From Bacteroidota bacterium (GTDB taxonomy: Bacteria > Bacteroidota > Bacteroidia > Chitinophagales > Chitinophagaceae): 64,000 bases of DNA. The first letter of the stretch is position 1. Each line of letters starts with the position of its first letter. Position numbers and translations under genes: made by a program. Below, one piece after another: positions 9,729-19,266 of the stretch. The stretch lies in the NCBI GenBank assembly GCA_041175905.1, contig JBEDEC010000017.1, positions 1,448 through 65,447 of the forward strand, read 5' to 3'. The notes under the pieces were generated by a model. That model saw nothing but the letters and a program-made list of their open reading frames with translations. It did no database searches and was not told where the DNA came from.

Positions 9729-11180
9729 TTAATGATGATCGTGTAGGTGATGTTCTCCAAACTGTGTTACGGTATCTTCCTCTTCCTTATTCATTTTTGT
9801 CTTGAAGTTTTCACCGCTACGCTTCAGGATATGCTTGATCTCTGCAATAGCAATAACAGGGAAATACTTTGAAAAGAGGAAATAGCAGGTGAAGAACAAC
9901 CCAAAAGTTCCCATATAAAAACCTACTTCCCAGATTGTTGGTGAATAATACGTACTCCAGGAAGAAGGCAGATAATCACGATAAATAGAAGTGACGATAA
10001 TTACAAATCTTTCAAACCACATTCCAATGTTTACAAGAATAGACATGAAGAAGGTGACAAACAGATTACGACGCATTTTGCGGAACCAGAAAATTTGAGG
10101 AGACAATACGTTACATCCCATCATGATCCAATAACTCCATCCGTATGGGCTATTCAAATTCAAACGATTCTCCTTGAAAGCAAACCATTCGTAGTCAACC
10201 GCACTGTACCAAGCCATAAACAACTCTGTCAAATAAGCAATTCCCACAATAGAGCCGGTCAACACAATTACTTTATTCATTACATCGACGTGTTCGATTG
10301 TGATGTAATCTTCTAATGCCAATACTTTACGTGTTACTACCAACAGTGTTTGCACCATCGCAAATCCTGAAAAGATCGCACCTGCCACAAAGTAGGGAGG
10401 GAAGATTGTTGTATGCCATCCAGGTACAACTGAAGTAGCAAAGTCGAAGGATACGATGGTGTGTACAGAAAGTACGAGTGGTGTACTTAAACCAGCTAAT
10501 ACTAGTGATAACGCCTCATGACGTTGCCAGTGCTTAGTGGACCCGGTCCATCCAAAGGCAGCTACTCCATAAAAAGCTTTTCTCCATTTAAGTTTAGCAC
10601 GATCACGCAAAGTAGCCATATCTGGAATCAAACCAGAATACCAGAATAAAAGTGAAACAGTAAAATAAGTAGAGATCGCAAATACGTCCCACAACAAAGG
10701 AGAATTGAAGTTAACCCAAAGTGGTCCGCGCGTGTTAGGGTAAGGGAGTACAAAGAATGCATTCCACACACGACCCATGTGCCAAATTGGGAACTGTCCT
10801 GCGCACATTACCGCAAAAATTGTCATTGCTTCTGCTGCACGGTTAACACCTGTACGCCAACCCTGACGGAATAATAAAAGGATAGCAGAAATCAAGGTAC
10901 CTGCGTGACCGATACCAACCCACCAAACGAAGTTGGTGATATCCCAACCCCATCCAATGGTACGATTCAAGTTCCATTGTCCAGTACCATAGGTTACTTC
11001 CATTGCAACGGAAATGATTCCAAAAATCAATAACGCTACAGATATTAAAAAACCAATCCACCATAAACGGGATGGCTTTCCTTCCACCGGACGGCAGATA
11101 TCTTCTGTTACCTGGTGATAATCTTTGGTCCCATCAACCAATGGAGCCCTTACCTGTGATTCGTATCTGAGTAGTGACAT
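9729..11180 (-). CDS. actC: Alternative complex III subunit C (NrfD/PsrC family)
   Basis: NFVWWVGIGHAGTLISA, SPLLWDVFA, PGWHTTIFPPYFVAGA and WFERF motifs. Confidence 0.95.
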   Translation of the reverse strand: MSLLRYESQVRAPLVDGTKDYHQVTEDICRPVEGKPSRLWWIGFLISVALLIFGIISVAMEVTYGTGQWNLNRTIGWGWDITNFVWWVGIGHAGTLISAILLLFRQGWRTGVNRAAEAMTIFAVMCAGQFPIWHMGRVWNAFFVLPYPNTRGPLWVNFNSPLLWDVFAISTYFTVSLLFWYSGLIPDMATLRDRAKLKWRKAFYGVAAFGWTGSTKHWQRHEALSLVLAGLSTPLVLSVHTIVSFDFATSVVPGWHTTIFPPYFVAGAIFSGFAMVQTLLVVTRKVLALEDYITIEHVDVMNKVIVLTGSIVGIAYLTELFMAWYSAVDYEWFAFKENRLNLNSPYGWSYWIMMGCNVLSPQIFWFRKMRRNLFVTFFMSILVNIGMWFERFVIIVTSIYRDYLPSSWSTYYSPTIWEVGFYMGTFGLFFTCYFLFSKYFPVIAIAEIKHILKRSGENFKTKMNKEEEDTVTQFGEHHLHDHH

Positions 11181-11209
11181 AGTTATGTTTGATAGAGTTG
11201 ATTCTACTA

Positions 11210-14200
11210 TTAATGATGAGTCGCTTCAGGTTTTGCTGTTTCATGTTCAGTGGACGCGCCATGCTCAGCAGGTGCTGCATGATGTTCTTCCACTTCCAAT
11301 AGCTCGTCTGTGTTGCGCACTTTCGCCAAATAGCTGACATTAGGCAGTACGTGTAACTGCTCCAACACGTAATAACTACGACTTGTGTTGTTTGCACGCA
11401 CGGCTGTAATGGAACTATTAGGATCATGCACGTTTCCAAATACAATTGCATTGGCAGCACAAGCCGTTTGACAAGCTGTTTTAGCTTCCCCATCCTGCAA
11501 CGGACGATCTGCTTTTTTAGCCTCCAGTTTAGCAGCTTGTAAACGTTGGAAACAGAATGAACATTTTTCGATTACACCACGAGAACGCACGGTCACATCA
11601 GGATTCAATACCATACGTGTTAAGTCATCATTCATCTGCTCCACAACTGGATCCAGTTTTCCAACAATCTGTTGATCACGATTGTTAGGGAAACTATCTG
11701 CTCCTGTATAATCAGCCCAATTGAAACGACGTACTTTAAAAGGACAGTTGTTAGCGCAATAACGAGTACCAATACAACGGTTATACGTCATTTGGTTGAT
11801 TCCCTCGGCACTATGGTTAGTAGCCGCAACAGGACAAACGTTTTCACAAGGAGCATTATCGCAATGCTGACACATCATGGGTTGGAATACCACGCCTTTC
11901 AGTTCATCAGGATTTTTTTCATCACTCACGAAGTAGCGATCAATACGCAACCAGTGCATATCATGATAACGAAGTACTTCGCTCTTGCCTACTACAGGTA
12001 CGTTATTCTCTGCATGACAGGCAACCACACAAGCACCACAACCATAACATGCATTCATGTCAATGTTCATTCCCCACTTAATGCCAGGCTGATCATGCAT
12101 GGGGTAAAGTGTGCCCTCTTTACGGAAATCTTTTGTCTTGCCATCCTTACTTGTTCCAAATGCTTCTTCTAAATGATTACGATAATCAGGAATCACATTC
12201 GGATGTTTCAATAATGTAGCAAGCGTTGTTTCACGAACAACCTCAACACGATCTTCGTATGTATTATGAATCTGAGATTGTGCAACTTTTTCTTTGCGAT
12301 TAGCATTTGCCAATGTAACTGTCGCATGGTAGCTAACTCCATTTCCAGTGTTGGAAGTGAATACATATGCATTCTGACCTACACCTGCAGAAGTGCGACC
12401 TAGCTTTTCACTGCGACCATACCCTAATGCCACGGCAATGGTGTTGGACTGCATCCCTGGAATTGCCAAGATGGGAAGTTCAATCTCTTGACCACCCATT
12501 GATATTTTTATAACTGGCTTTTGAGGATAGAACTCATAATTATTGATCTCCTTCTCGGTTCCGTTTACTAGATCAATGCCTACTAATTCTTTTGCCATTG
12601 CCATGCTGATCAACGCATAGTTACCCCAGCTGGCCTTTGTAACACCATCAGGCAACTCTTGTAACCAAGGATTAGTTGCGCCAGTACCTGTGCCAATAGA
12701 AGATTTTTGATAAAGGACCAACTCTGTTCCAGTAACTGCAGGAGCCGTTGCAATAGTTTGTGCAGCACTTGCCAATGAAGCACTGGAGTACGTACCAGCA
12801 GAAATAGGTAATCCACTGTCCTGAATTCCATCCTGCAATACATTGTTGAATGAGGTTTCAGAACCTAATTGTCCAATCCAGTATTGTTTGAAATATTCTT
12901 CGTAGCTCGTATCACGACCACTCCATTTTAACAATGAAGTTTGATACGTTCTTGTTTTGAAGAGAGGATAAATAGTAGGCTGAATAAAGCTAACGACTCC
13001 AGCTTTCGGAGCAGCATCACCCCAGCTCTCTAAATAATGATTTGAAGGAAGAATGAATTGACAGTGTTCAGTAGTCTCATCCATTCTTTCGCTGAAAGAA
13101 ACAGTAACTTTTACTTTTTTCAAGGCAGCAGTAAAAGCAGCAGCTTTATGAGATGTGTAAGAAGGGTTAGCGCCATAGATTAACAGCGTACCCACTGTTC
13201 CAGCTTCCATGTCACGAACTAACTGCTCAAAATCTGCATCTATACCTGCTCGATAGTTAACAGGCTTACCCCAATCAATCGTTTTTCCAAAAGCACCAAT
13301 TGCTTGGTTGATAGCGTTGACAACGATTTGTGTATTTGTATCATTACTTCCGCAAACAACAAGTGCTGCTCCAGCATTTTTCTTTAAATCAGCTGCAGCC
13401 TTTTCAATACCTGCTTTCAGTTTTTCGTCTTTAATTCCATCTACACCTTTACCACTTACTGCACTCAATAAAGCTAATGCCACTAATCCCGTTTCTGAAG
13501 AACGACAAACAAAACGTTCATCTGCACTTGCTCCTGTAAGACTCAAATAACCTTCAAATTGATAGTGCTTGCTCATTGTAGGATTCTTCTCATCAATCTT
13601 ACGACCTGTCGCATATCCTTTAGCAAATTCAACTGGACTTAACCAGCTTCCCAGAAAATCAGCACCTAAACTCACAATCACCTTTGCTGCACCAAATTCA
13701 TAAGAAGGTAAACGACGTCCAAATCCAGATGCTTCATTTGCTAATAGCATACCGCTAAATGAAACAGCGTCAACCTGAACATGGCGAAGGCCAGGATAAG
13801 AAGCAATAATTGCTTTTGTTGACGGAGAAGTTACAGTACTTGTCAATAATACAGTTGTACCGCCAGCTGCTTTCATTGCATCCGCAACCAGTTTATCGAA
13901 TTGTTCAAACGTAGGTACTTCTTCAAATCGAGCTTCTTCTCCAGCACCAACCTTTTGCTGAGGAAAACGAAGACGATGTGTATCATATAAATCCAACACA
14001 GATGCCTGTACACGCGCAGATGTTCCACCACCCGTAAAAACACAACGGTCGTTGCCTTCAATTTTGATAGGACGACCATCACGCACTTTTGCCAACACAG
14101 GTACTACATCTCCGTCTTGCACATACGTAGTTGCATAATACTGAGCAACACCTGGAATAATATTTTCAGGACGGTTTGCAAATGGGATTGCATGCTTAAC

Positions 14201-14413
14201 CGGTATTTTACAACTGGCTGCCAGTGTAGCTGCCGCCGTGCTGAATCCGAGGTATTTCAAGAAATCCCTGCGGGGCGCTTTGGCATCTGTCAGACCCTTG
14301 TCGTCCAATCCTTCAAAAGGCAGTTCCTCACGGAATTCATCCTGGTGTTGTTTTTGGAAGCTCTCGCTTTCTTTCACCTCCCCGAAGCTCTGCCAGTACT
14401 TTTTTTGGCTCAT
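11210..14413 (-). CDS. actB: Alternative complex III subunit B (Tat-exported molybdopterin-oxidoreductase-like domain plus Fe-S domain)
   Basis: RRDFLK twin-arginine signal followed by lipobox LAASC; Fe-S motifs CYGCGACVVAC, CQHCDNAPCENVC, CIGTRYCANNCP and CSFC. Confidence 0.95.
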   Translation of the reverse strand: MSQKKYWQSFGEVKESESFQKQHQDEFREELPFEGLDDKGLTDAKAPRRDFLKYLGFSTAAATLAASCKIPVKHAIPFANRPENIIPGVAQYYATTYVQDGDVVPVLAKVRDGRPIKIEGNDRCVFTGGGTSARVQASVLDLYDTHRLRFPQQKVGAGEEARFEEVPTFEQFDKLVADAMKAAGGTTVLLTSTVTSPSTKAIIASYPGLRHVQVDAVSFSGMLLANEASGFGRRLPSYEFGAAKVIVSLGADFLGSWLSPVEFAKGYATGRKIDEKNPTMSKHYQFEGYLSLTGASADERFVCRSSETGLVALALLSAVSGKGVDGIKDEKLKAGIEKAAADLKKNAGAALVVCGSNDTNTQIVVNAINQAIGAFGKTIDWGKPVNYRAGIDADFEQLVRDMEAGTVGTLLIYGANPSYTSHKAAAFTAALKKVKVTVSFSERMDETTEHCQFILPSNHYLESWGDAAPKAGVVSFIQPTIYPLFKTRTYQTSLLKWSGRDTSYEEYFKQYWIGQLGSETSFNNVLQDGIQDSGLPISAGTYSSASLASAAQTIATAPAVTGTELVLYQKSSIGTGTGATNPWLQELPDGVTKASWGNYALISMAMAKELVGIDLVNGTEKEINNYEFYPQKPVIKISMGGQEIELPILAIPGMQSNTIAVALGYGRSEKLGRTSAGVGQNAYVFTSNTGNGVSYHATVTLANANRKEKVAQSQIHNTYEDRVEVVRETTLATLLKHPNVIPDYRNHLEEAFGTSKDGKTKDFRKEGTLYPMHDQPGIKWGMNIDMNACYGCGACVVACHAENNVPVVGKSEVLRYHDMHWLRIDRYFVSDEKNPDELKGVVFQPMMCQHCDNAPCENVCPVAATNHSAEGINQMTYNRCIGTRYCANNCPFKVRRFNWADYTGADSFPNNRDQQIVGKLDPVVEQMNDDLTRMVLNPDVTVRSRGVIEKCSFCFQRLQAAKLEAKKADRPLQDGEAKTACQTACAANAIVFGNVHDPNSSITAVRANNTSRSYYVLEQLHVLPNVSYLAKVRNTDELLEVEEHHAAPAEHGASTEHETAKPEATHH

Positions 14414-14441
14414 AATATCGTTGATTGGGTTCAGTTATTGA

Positions 14442-15713
14442 TTAATAGTGACATTTTTGACACTCCAGACCGCCGATGTCCTTCACCTTCACACTATCCA
14501 TTTTACCAGTCTTTATATCATTATGAAACTTTTCGTAGATGCTATAGAATTTATTGCCTTTTGTGCTATCGTAGTTGAATTGCACGTTTGTTTCGCGGTG
14601 GCAATTAATACACCAGCCCATGCTTAAATCGGCTACTTGTTTCACCTCATCCATCTGGTTGATTTCGCCATGGCAGCTTTGACACTGTACCTTTCCGGCA
14701 TTTACGTGCTGGGCATGACTGAAATAAACGTGGTCAGGAAGATTGTGAATTTTAACCCATTCGATTGGCTTTGCACTAGAGGGATCCCACTTGTTGGGTT
14801 GATCGGGATTAAACCCTGCATATTTATATAACTTTTGAATCTCGGCAGTTCCATCTATCTCATTTCCGTCTGCGTCAAATAGTTTTGGACCCTTCTCATA
14901 CGCTTGAATGGCCTTATGGCAATTCATACAAGTATTAACCGAGGGGATGGCAGCGTGCTTGCTTTGTTCTGCACTTCCGTGACAATACAAGCAATTGATC
15001 TGATTAATTCCTGCGTGTACTTTATGAGAATAATAAATAGGTTGTTCGGGCTGATACTCTTTTTGGCGACCTAATCCAATAGCTCCCTTTGCAACCATGT
15101 AACCGCCAAAAACAAATAAACCAATGGAAATCAATGTGATATATGTCTTGTTTTTCCAGAAAGGAATGTTTTCTGGTAGTTTTACGCCCTCTGCATCGTC
15201 TGACAATTTCTTTAAACTGCTATTGACTTGCATCAAAATGAGCGCAATTAAAGCTAGAATCAAGGAGATGACCCCGTAGAAAATAGTGTTACCACCTTCT
15301 TCCTGCGCAGGCTCCCCCGCAGCAGCAGCCGGAGCGGCAGCTGGTTTTGCAGCCTCATTTACATAGGCAACAATGTTATCAACATCCTGAAGAGTAACAT
15401 CAGGAAACGCAGTCATCATTGATCCATACTCAGCCTTCAGGCCCTGTGTATAGGCATCTTTTGCCATATACGCAGCTGGGTTGTTGATCCAGGACAATAG
15501 CTCTTTGTGATCCGCCCATTTGTGACGCTCCTCTAATCCTGCCAATGCAGGACCGGTTCCTTTTTTGAGCACATTGTGACAAGAGGCACATTTACTCATG
15601 AACACAGTTTTCCCTGCCGCAGGATCCTGCGCAAACACAGTGATAACAGAGAAAATTAATAGCGTAAAAAGTAGAACGGTGATACGTTGTGAGACATGTT
15701 TAGTAGACATCAT
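14442..15713 (-). CDS. actA: Alternative complex III subunit A, hexaheme (monoheme plus pentaheme) cytochrome c
   Basis: Six CxxCH (CASCH, CLYCH, CMNCH, CQSCH, CINCH, CQKCH); signal peptide VFA|Q. Start moved to ATG 15713/15710 because the promoter lies at 15759-15766. Confidence 0.93.
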   Translation of the reverse strand: MMSTKHVSQRITVLLFTLLIFSVITVFAQDPAAGKTVFMSKCASCHNVLKKGTGPALAGLEERHKWADHKELLSWINNPAAYMAKDAYTQGLKAEYGSMMTAFPDVTLQDVDNIVAYVNEAAKPAAAPAAAAGEPAQEEGGNTIFYGVISLILALIALILMQVNSSLKKLSDDAEGVKLPENIPFWKNKTYITLISIGLFVFGGYMVAKGAIGLGRQKEYQPEQPIYYSHKVHAGINQINCLYCHGSAEQSKHAAIPSVNTCMNCHKAIQAYEKGPKLFDADGNEIDGTAEIQKLYKYAGFNPDQPNKWDPSSAKPIEWVKIHNLPDHVYFSHAQHVNAGKVQCQSCHGEINQMDEVKQVADLSMGWCINCHRETNVQFNYDSTKGNKFYSIYEKFHNDIKTGKMDSVKVKDIGGLECQKCHY

Positions 15714-15758
15714 ACACGCAGTTAAACTGAAATGTGGAAAAATTACACTTCTCGCGCG

Positions 15759-15790
15759 CAAAATTACGTATTGCAATCTTCAAAACACAA
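15759..15790 (-). promoter_or_regulatory. Bacteroidota primary-sigma promoter of the act-cox operon
   Basis: Minus-strand TAATTTTG (-7 consensus TAnnTTTG) at 15766-15759, with TTG (-33) 21 nt upstream at 15790-15788. Confidence 0.7.
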
Positions 15791-15969
15791 GGAAAATTAA
15801 AATTTTTTATTGCTTAAATCTGTTGCAAGTCAAGGAGTTTGGAGATAAAAAGTGTGGAACAGAATCGTCCCGTCATTGAACAGTCAATTTTTGAGCTTTC
15901 TTCGCCTTTGGAGTGTTAAAAACTAGGTTGAACACTATTTTTCGGTGACCTTTGCGGCTCCAGAAAATT

Positions 15970-16251
15970 ATGTTTAAGAAACTAAGAGAGAAATGGAAGG
16001 TTGGTCCTTTTCAATTGACGCTGATTCTTTGCACGTTCGCGTGCGGAGGAAGCGCAACAGGATGGGCGGCAAAAAAAATCATGAATGGCTTTTCGTTACA
16101 ACAGGATTGGCTTTGGGCTACTCTTTACATTTTGATAGTCACGCTTCTTTGGCCAATGATGGTACTCGTGATCAGTATTCCATTTGGACAATTTCGTTTT
16201 TTTAAATCCTATATCAGCAAACTGGGATCTAAAATGGGTTTTTTACGTTAA
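15970..16251 (+). CDS. Small membrane protein, DUF6787-like
   Basis: KLREKWKV...FACGGS...PFGQFRFF pattern typical of this Bacteroidota family; ATG 15970. Confidence 0.7.
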   Translation: MFKKLREKWKVGPFQLTLILCTFACGGSATGWAAKKIMNGFSLQQDWLWATLYILIVTLLWPMMVLVISIPFGQFRFFKSYISKLGSKMGFLR

Positions 16252-16292
16252 CAGTACTCACAGGTTCCGTTTGCATTGACCATCTTTGTACG

Positions 16293-16859
16293 ATGAAACG
16301 CATCGCCATTTTTGCTTCAGGCACCGGTAGTAATGCAGAAAAAATACTAGCGTATTTTAAAGACTCCGCGGACATTAAAGTCGCGTTGATTGTTTCCAAC
16401 AAACCCGATGCAGGTGTATTACAAATTGCAAATCGACATAAAGTATCAACGTTGGTGATAGAACGTGAAGCTTTTTTCAAGGGTGATGGTTATGTGCCAC
16501 AGTTAGAAGCCCACCAAATTGATTGGATTATTTTGGCAGGCTTTTTATGGAAAATTCCAACTACGTTATTGAAAGGTTGGGAAAAAAGAATCATCAATAT
16601 TCATCCAGCGCTGCTTCCAAAATATGGAGGCAAGGGGATGTATGGCAATGCTGTACATACTGCAGTGATACAAGCTGGAGAAACCAGTAGTGGAATCACC
16701 ATCCATTTTGTAGATGAACACTACGATCATGGTACAATTATTTTTCAGGCAGAGTGTCCTGTATTGCCCAATGATACGCCCGAAAACCTTGCCACAAGAA
16801 TTCATGCATTAGAACACCAACACTTTCCCCGTGTCGTTGAGCAAGTGATTACTACATGA
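16293..16859 (+). CDS. purN: Phosphoribosylglycinamide formyltransferase
   Basis: IFASGTGSNA, INIHPALLP and GITIHFVDEHYDHG motifs. Confidence 0.97.
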   Translation: MKRIAIFASGTGSNAEKILAYFKDSADIKVALIVSNKPDAGVLQIANRHKVSTLVIEREAFFKGDGYVPQLEAHQIDWIILAGFLWKIPTTLLKGWEKRIINIHPALLPKYGGKGMYGNAVHTAVIQAGETSSGITIHFVDEHYDHGTIIFQAECPVLPNDTPENLATRIHALEHQHFPRVVEQVITT

Positions 16860-17617
16860 GTCTTTCCTTGAAAAATATAATTGTCTTTTTAGTGGTGTGG
16901 TTTTTTGTTTCACCGGCATTGGGGCAGTCGTATTTGATCAAGGGAGTGGTGTATGATAGTTCCCGCAATTATCCATTAGAGGCCGTTAGTGTTCTCTCTA
17001 GTGCAGGAGCCGGTTCAATTACCAATGCAGATGGTTATTATGAAATAAGAGTTACCGACCGAGACTCCATCTGGTTCAGCTATCTAAACAAACCCACTGT
17101 AAAATTTCCAGTAATCAAGATTGTAAATCCCATGCAATTTGATATTTCCCTTCAAGTTAGTATTCCGGTTTTGCGAGAAGTAAAAATATTTCCGCGTAAT
17201 TATAAGCTTGACTCTATTCGAAACAGACAGGACTATGCAAAGGTTTTTAATTACCAACGGCCCGGCTTGAAAATTGTCACTCCACAATACGGCGCTGGCG
17301 TAGGCCTCGACTTAGATGAGCTCATCAATATGTTTCGTTTTCGACGAAATAAAAGTATGTTAGGCTTTCAACAACGATTACTATTAGAAGAGCAGGAAAA
17401 ATATATCGACTACCGTTTCAACAAAGCATTAGTTCGTCGTTTAACATTATTGGATGGTGCCGAACTAGAGCGATTCATGCAAACATTCAGACCTTCTTAC
17501 CTATTTACAAAGCTGGCCGGTGATTATGAATTTCGCTTATATATCAAACAAAGTTTATATCGCTTCAAAAAAGGCCTTCCCCCGTTTACATGGCAAGAAG
17601 AGCCTATAGAACAATAA
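16856..17617 (+). CDS. Exported protein with carboxypeptidase-regulatory-like N-terminal domain
   Basis: Signal peptide ALG|Q; IKGVVYD...PLEAVSV...TNADGYY...LREVKI pattern. Confidence 0.7.
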   Translation: MSLSLKNIIVFLVVWFFVSPALGQSYLIKGVVYDSSRNYPLEAVSVLSSAGAGSITNADGYYEIRVTDRDSIWFSYLNKPTVKFPVIKIVNPMQFDISLQVSIPVLREVKIFPRNYKLDSIRNRQDYAKVFNYQRPGLKIVTPQYGAGVGLDLDELINMFRFRRNKSMLGFQQRLLLEEQEKYIDYRFNKALVRRLTLLDGAELERFMQTFRPSYLFTKLAGDYEFRLYIKQSLYRFKKGLPPFTWQEEPIEQ

Positions 17618-17660
17618 TTTTCTTTTGATTTTATCTTTTTCAAATTAGTATCTTTTCAAC

Positions 17661-19262
17661 ATGAAAAGCTTGCTTACATTACTTCTGTTACCAGGATTTT
17701 TATTGGCACAAACACCAAAGACCTGCGATCTTGTTATTACCAATGGAAAAATCATTGACGGAACCGGCAATAGCTGGTATCGTGGTGCGCTCATTGTCAA
17801 TCAAGGAAAAATAGTTGCTGTTATTCGTCAACCCTCAGCTCAAAAATGGGAGAATAGTTGGGCTCCTCTTCAGGTGATTGACGCAAAAGATAAAATTGTA
17901 GCCCCCGGATTTATTGATGTGCACACACACATTGAAGGAGATGAAAAAAAAGATCCTGAAGCAAAGAGTTTTATTTACGATGGAGTCACTACTTGTATCA
18001 CGGGTAACTGTGGTTTGTCACAAGTGGATGCAAAAAAATATTTTGAATTTATTGACTCTCTTCGATTATCCATCAATGTTGCCATGCTGATCGGACACAA
18101 TGATATACGAAGAGCTGTGATGGGCCGAGCGAATCGCGATGCAACAGATGAAGAACAGTTGCGCATGGAAACGTTGGTGGAAAAGGCAATGCGCGACGGA
18201 GCCGTAGGATTAAGCACAGGTCTTATTTATATACCGGGCACGTTCAGTAAAACACCAGAAATTATTGGATTAGCCAAAAAGGCTGCTGCGTTTGGTGGGG
18301 TTTACGCCACACACATGCGTGACGAAGGAGACAGTGTAACACAAGCTATAGAGGAGGCACTCACGATTGGTAGAGAAGCGGGAATTCCTGTTCAGCTTTC
18401 ACACTTTAAACTAAGTGGTCAACAAAATTGGGGTCGGAGTAAAACCACAATCGCAATGGTAGAAAAAGCGCGTAAGGCAGGAATGGATGTTACCATTGAT
18501 CAATATCCTTACACCGCGAGTAGCACCTCAATTAACACGTTAATTCCCGATGAATTGCTAGCAGATGGTCAAGACTCGATTAAGGCAAGACTTGCGAGAC
18601 CTGAAATAAGAAAACAGGTTACAACATCCATTCAAACAAGATTAAAAAAGAGAGGACTAAAGCATCTCAGTTATGCAGTGGTTGCTTCTTTTGGTCCAGA
18701 CAGTTCGTACAATGGAAAAAGTATTGAGCAGATTAATCTCATGTTGGGAAATAAACATCGCGTAAAAGACGAAGCTTCTGTGGTAATAGATATCGTGAGT
18801 CGGGGAGGAGCCAGTGCAGTATTTCATGGGATGGGCGAAGAGGATGTAACAAGAATAATGCGTTACCCCTTCAATATGATTGCAAGTGATGCGGGTATTC
18901 GTGCTTTTAATTCAGGAGTACCGCACCCTCGCGGGTATGGAACAAATGCGCGTGTACTAGGACGCTATGTTCGCGAAAGAAATGTACTAAGTCTCGAAGA
19001 AGCGATTCGCAGAATGACCTCACTGCCTGCGCAAAAATTTCAATTACATGACAGAGGATTCCTTCAAGTTGGATATGCAGCGGACGTATTAGTGTTTGAT
19101 GAAAATGAAGTTCTTGACCTTTCAACATTCGATAAGCCTCATGCCTATTCTGTAGGTATGCACTATGTCATCGTAAATGGTAAAATCACGGTGGACAATC
19201 AAAAGCATATTGGCACCCGTGCTGGACAAATTCTCTATGGCCCTGGAAAATTAAAATTATAA
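17661..19262 (+). CDS. N-acyl-D-amino-acid deacylase family amidohydrolase (signal peptide)
   Basis: APGFIDVHTH, GNCG, STGLIYIPG, THMRDE, SHFK, DQYPY and PHPRGYG motifs. Confidence 0.92.
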   Translation: MKSLLTLLLLPGFLLAQTPKTCDLVITNGKIIDGTGNSWYRGALIVNQGKIVAVIRQPSAQKWENSWAPLQVIDAKDKIVAPGFIDVHTHIEGDEKKDPEAKSFIYDGVTTCITGNCGLSQVDAKKYFEFIDSLRLSINVAMLIGHNDIRRAVMGRANRDATDEEQLRMETLVEKAMRDGAVGLSTGLIYIPGTFSKTPEIIGLAKKAAAFGGVYATHMRDEGDSVTQAIEEALTIGREAGIPVQLSHFKLSGQQNWGRSKTTIAMVEKARKAGMDVTIDQYPYTASSTSINTLIPDELLADGQDSIKARLARPEIRKQVTTSIQTRLKKRGLKHLSYAVVASFGPDSSYNGKSIEQINLMLGNKHRVKDEASVVIDIVSRGGASAVFHGMGEEDVTRIMRYPFNMIASDAGIRAFNSGVPHPRGYGTNARVLGRYVRERNVLSLEEAIRRMTSLPAQKFQLHDRGFLQVGYAADVLVFDENEVLDLSTFDKPHAYSVGMHYVIVNGKITVDNQKHIGTRAGQILYGPGKLKL

Positions 19263-19266
19263 CTCC

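Noticed and set aside
15875-15888. Palindrome ATTGA-ACAG-TCAAT upstream of actA as an FNR/CRP box
   Set aside because: Half-site spacing is 2 bp shorter than TTGAT-N4-ATCAA, and it is a single occurrence in AT-rich DNA.
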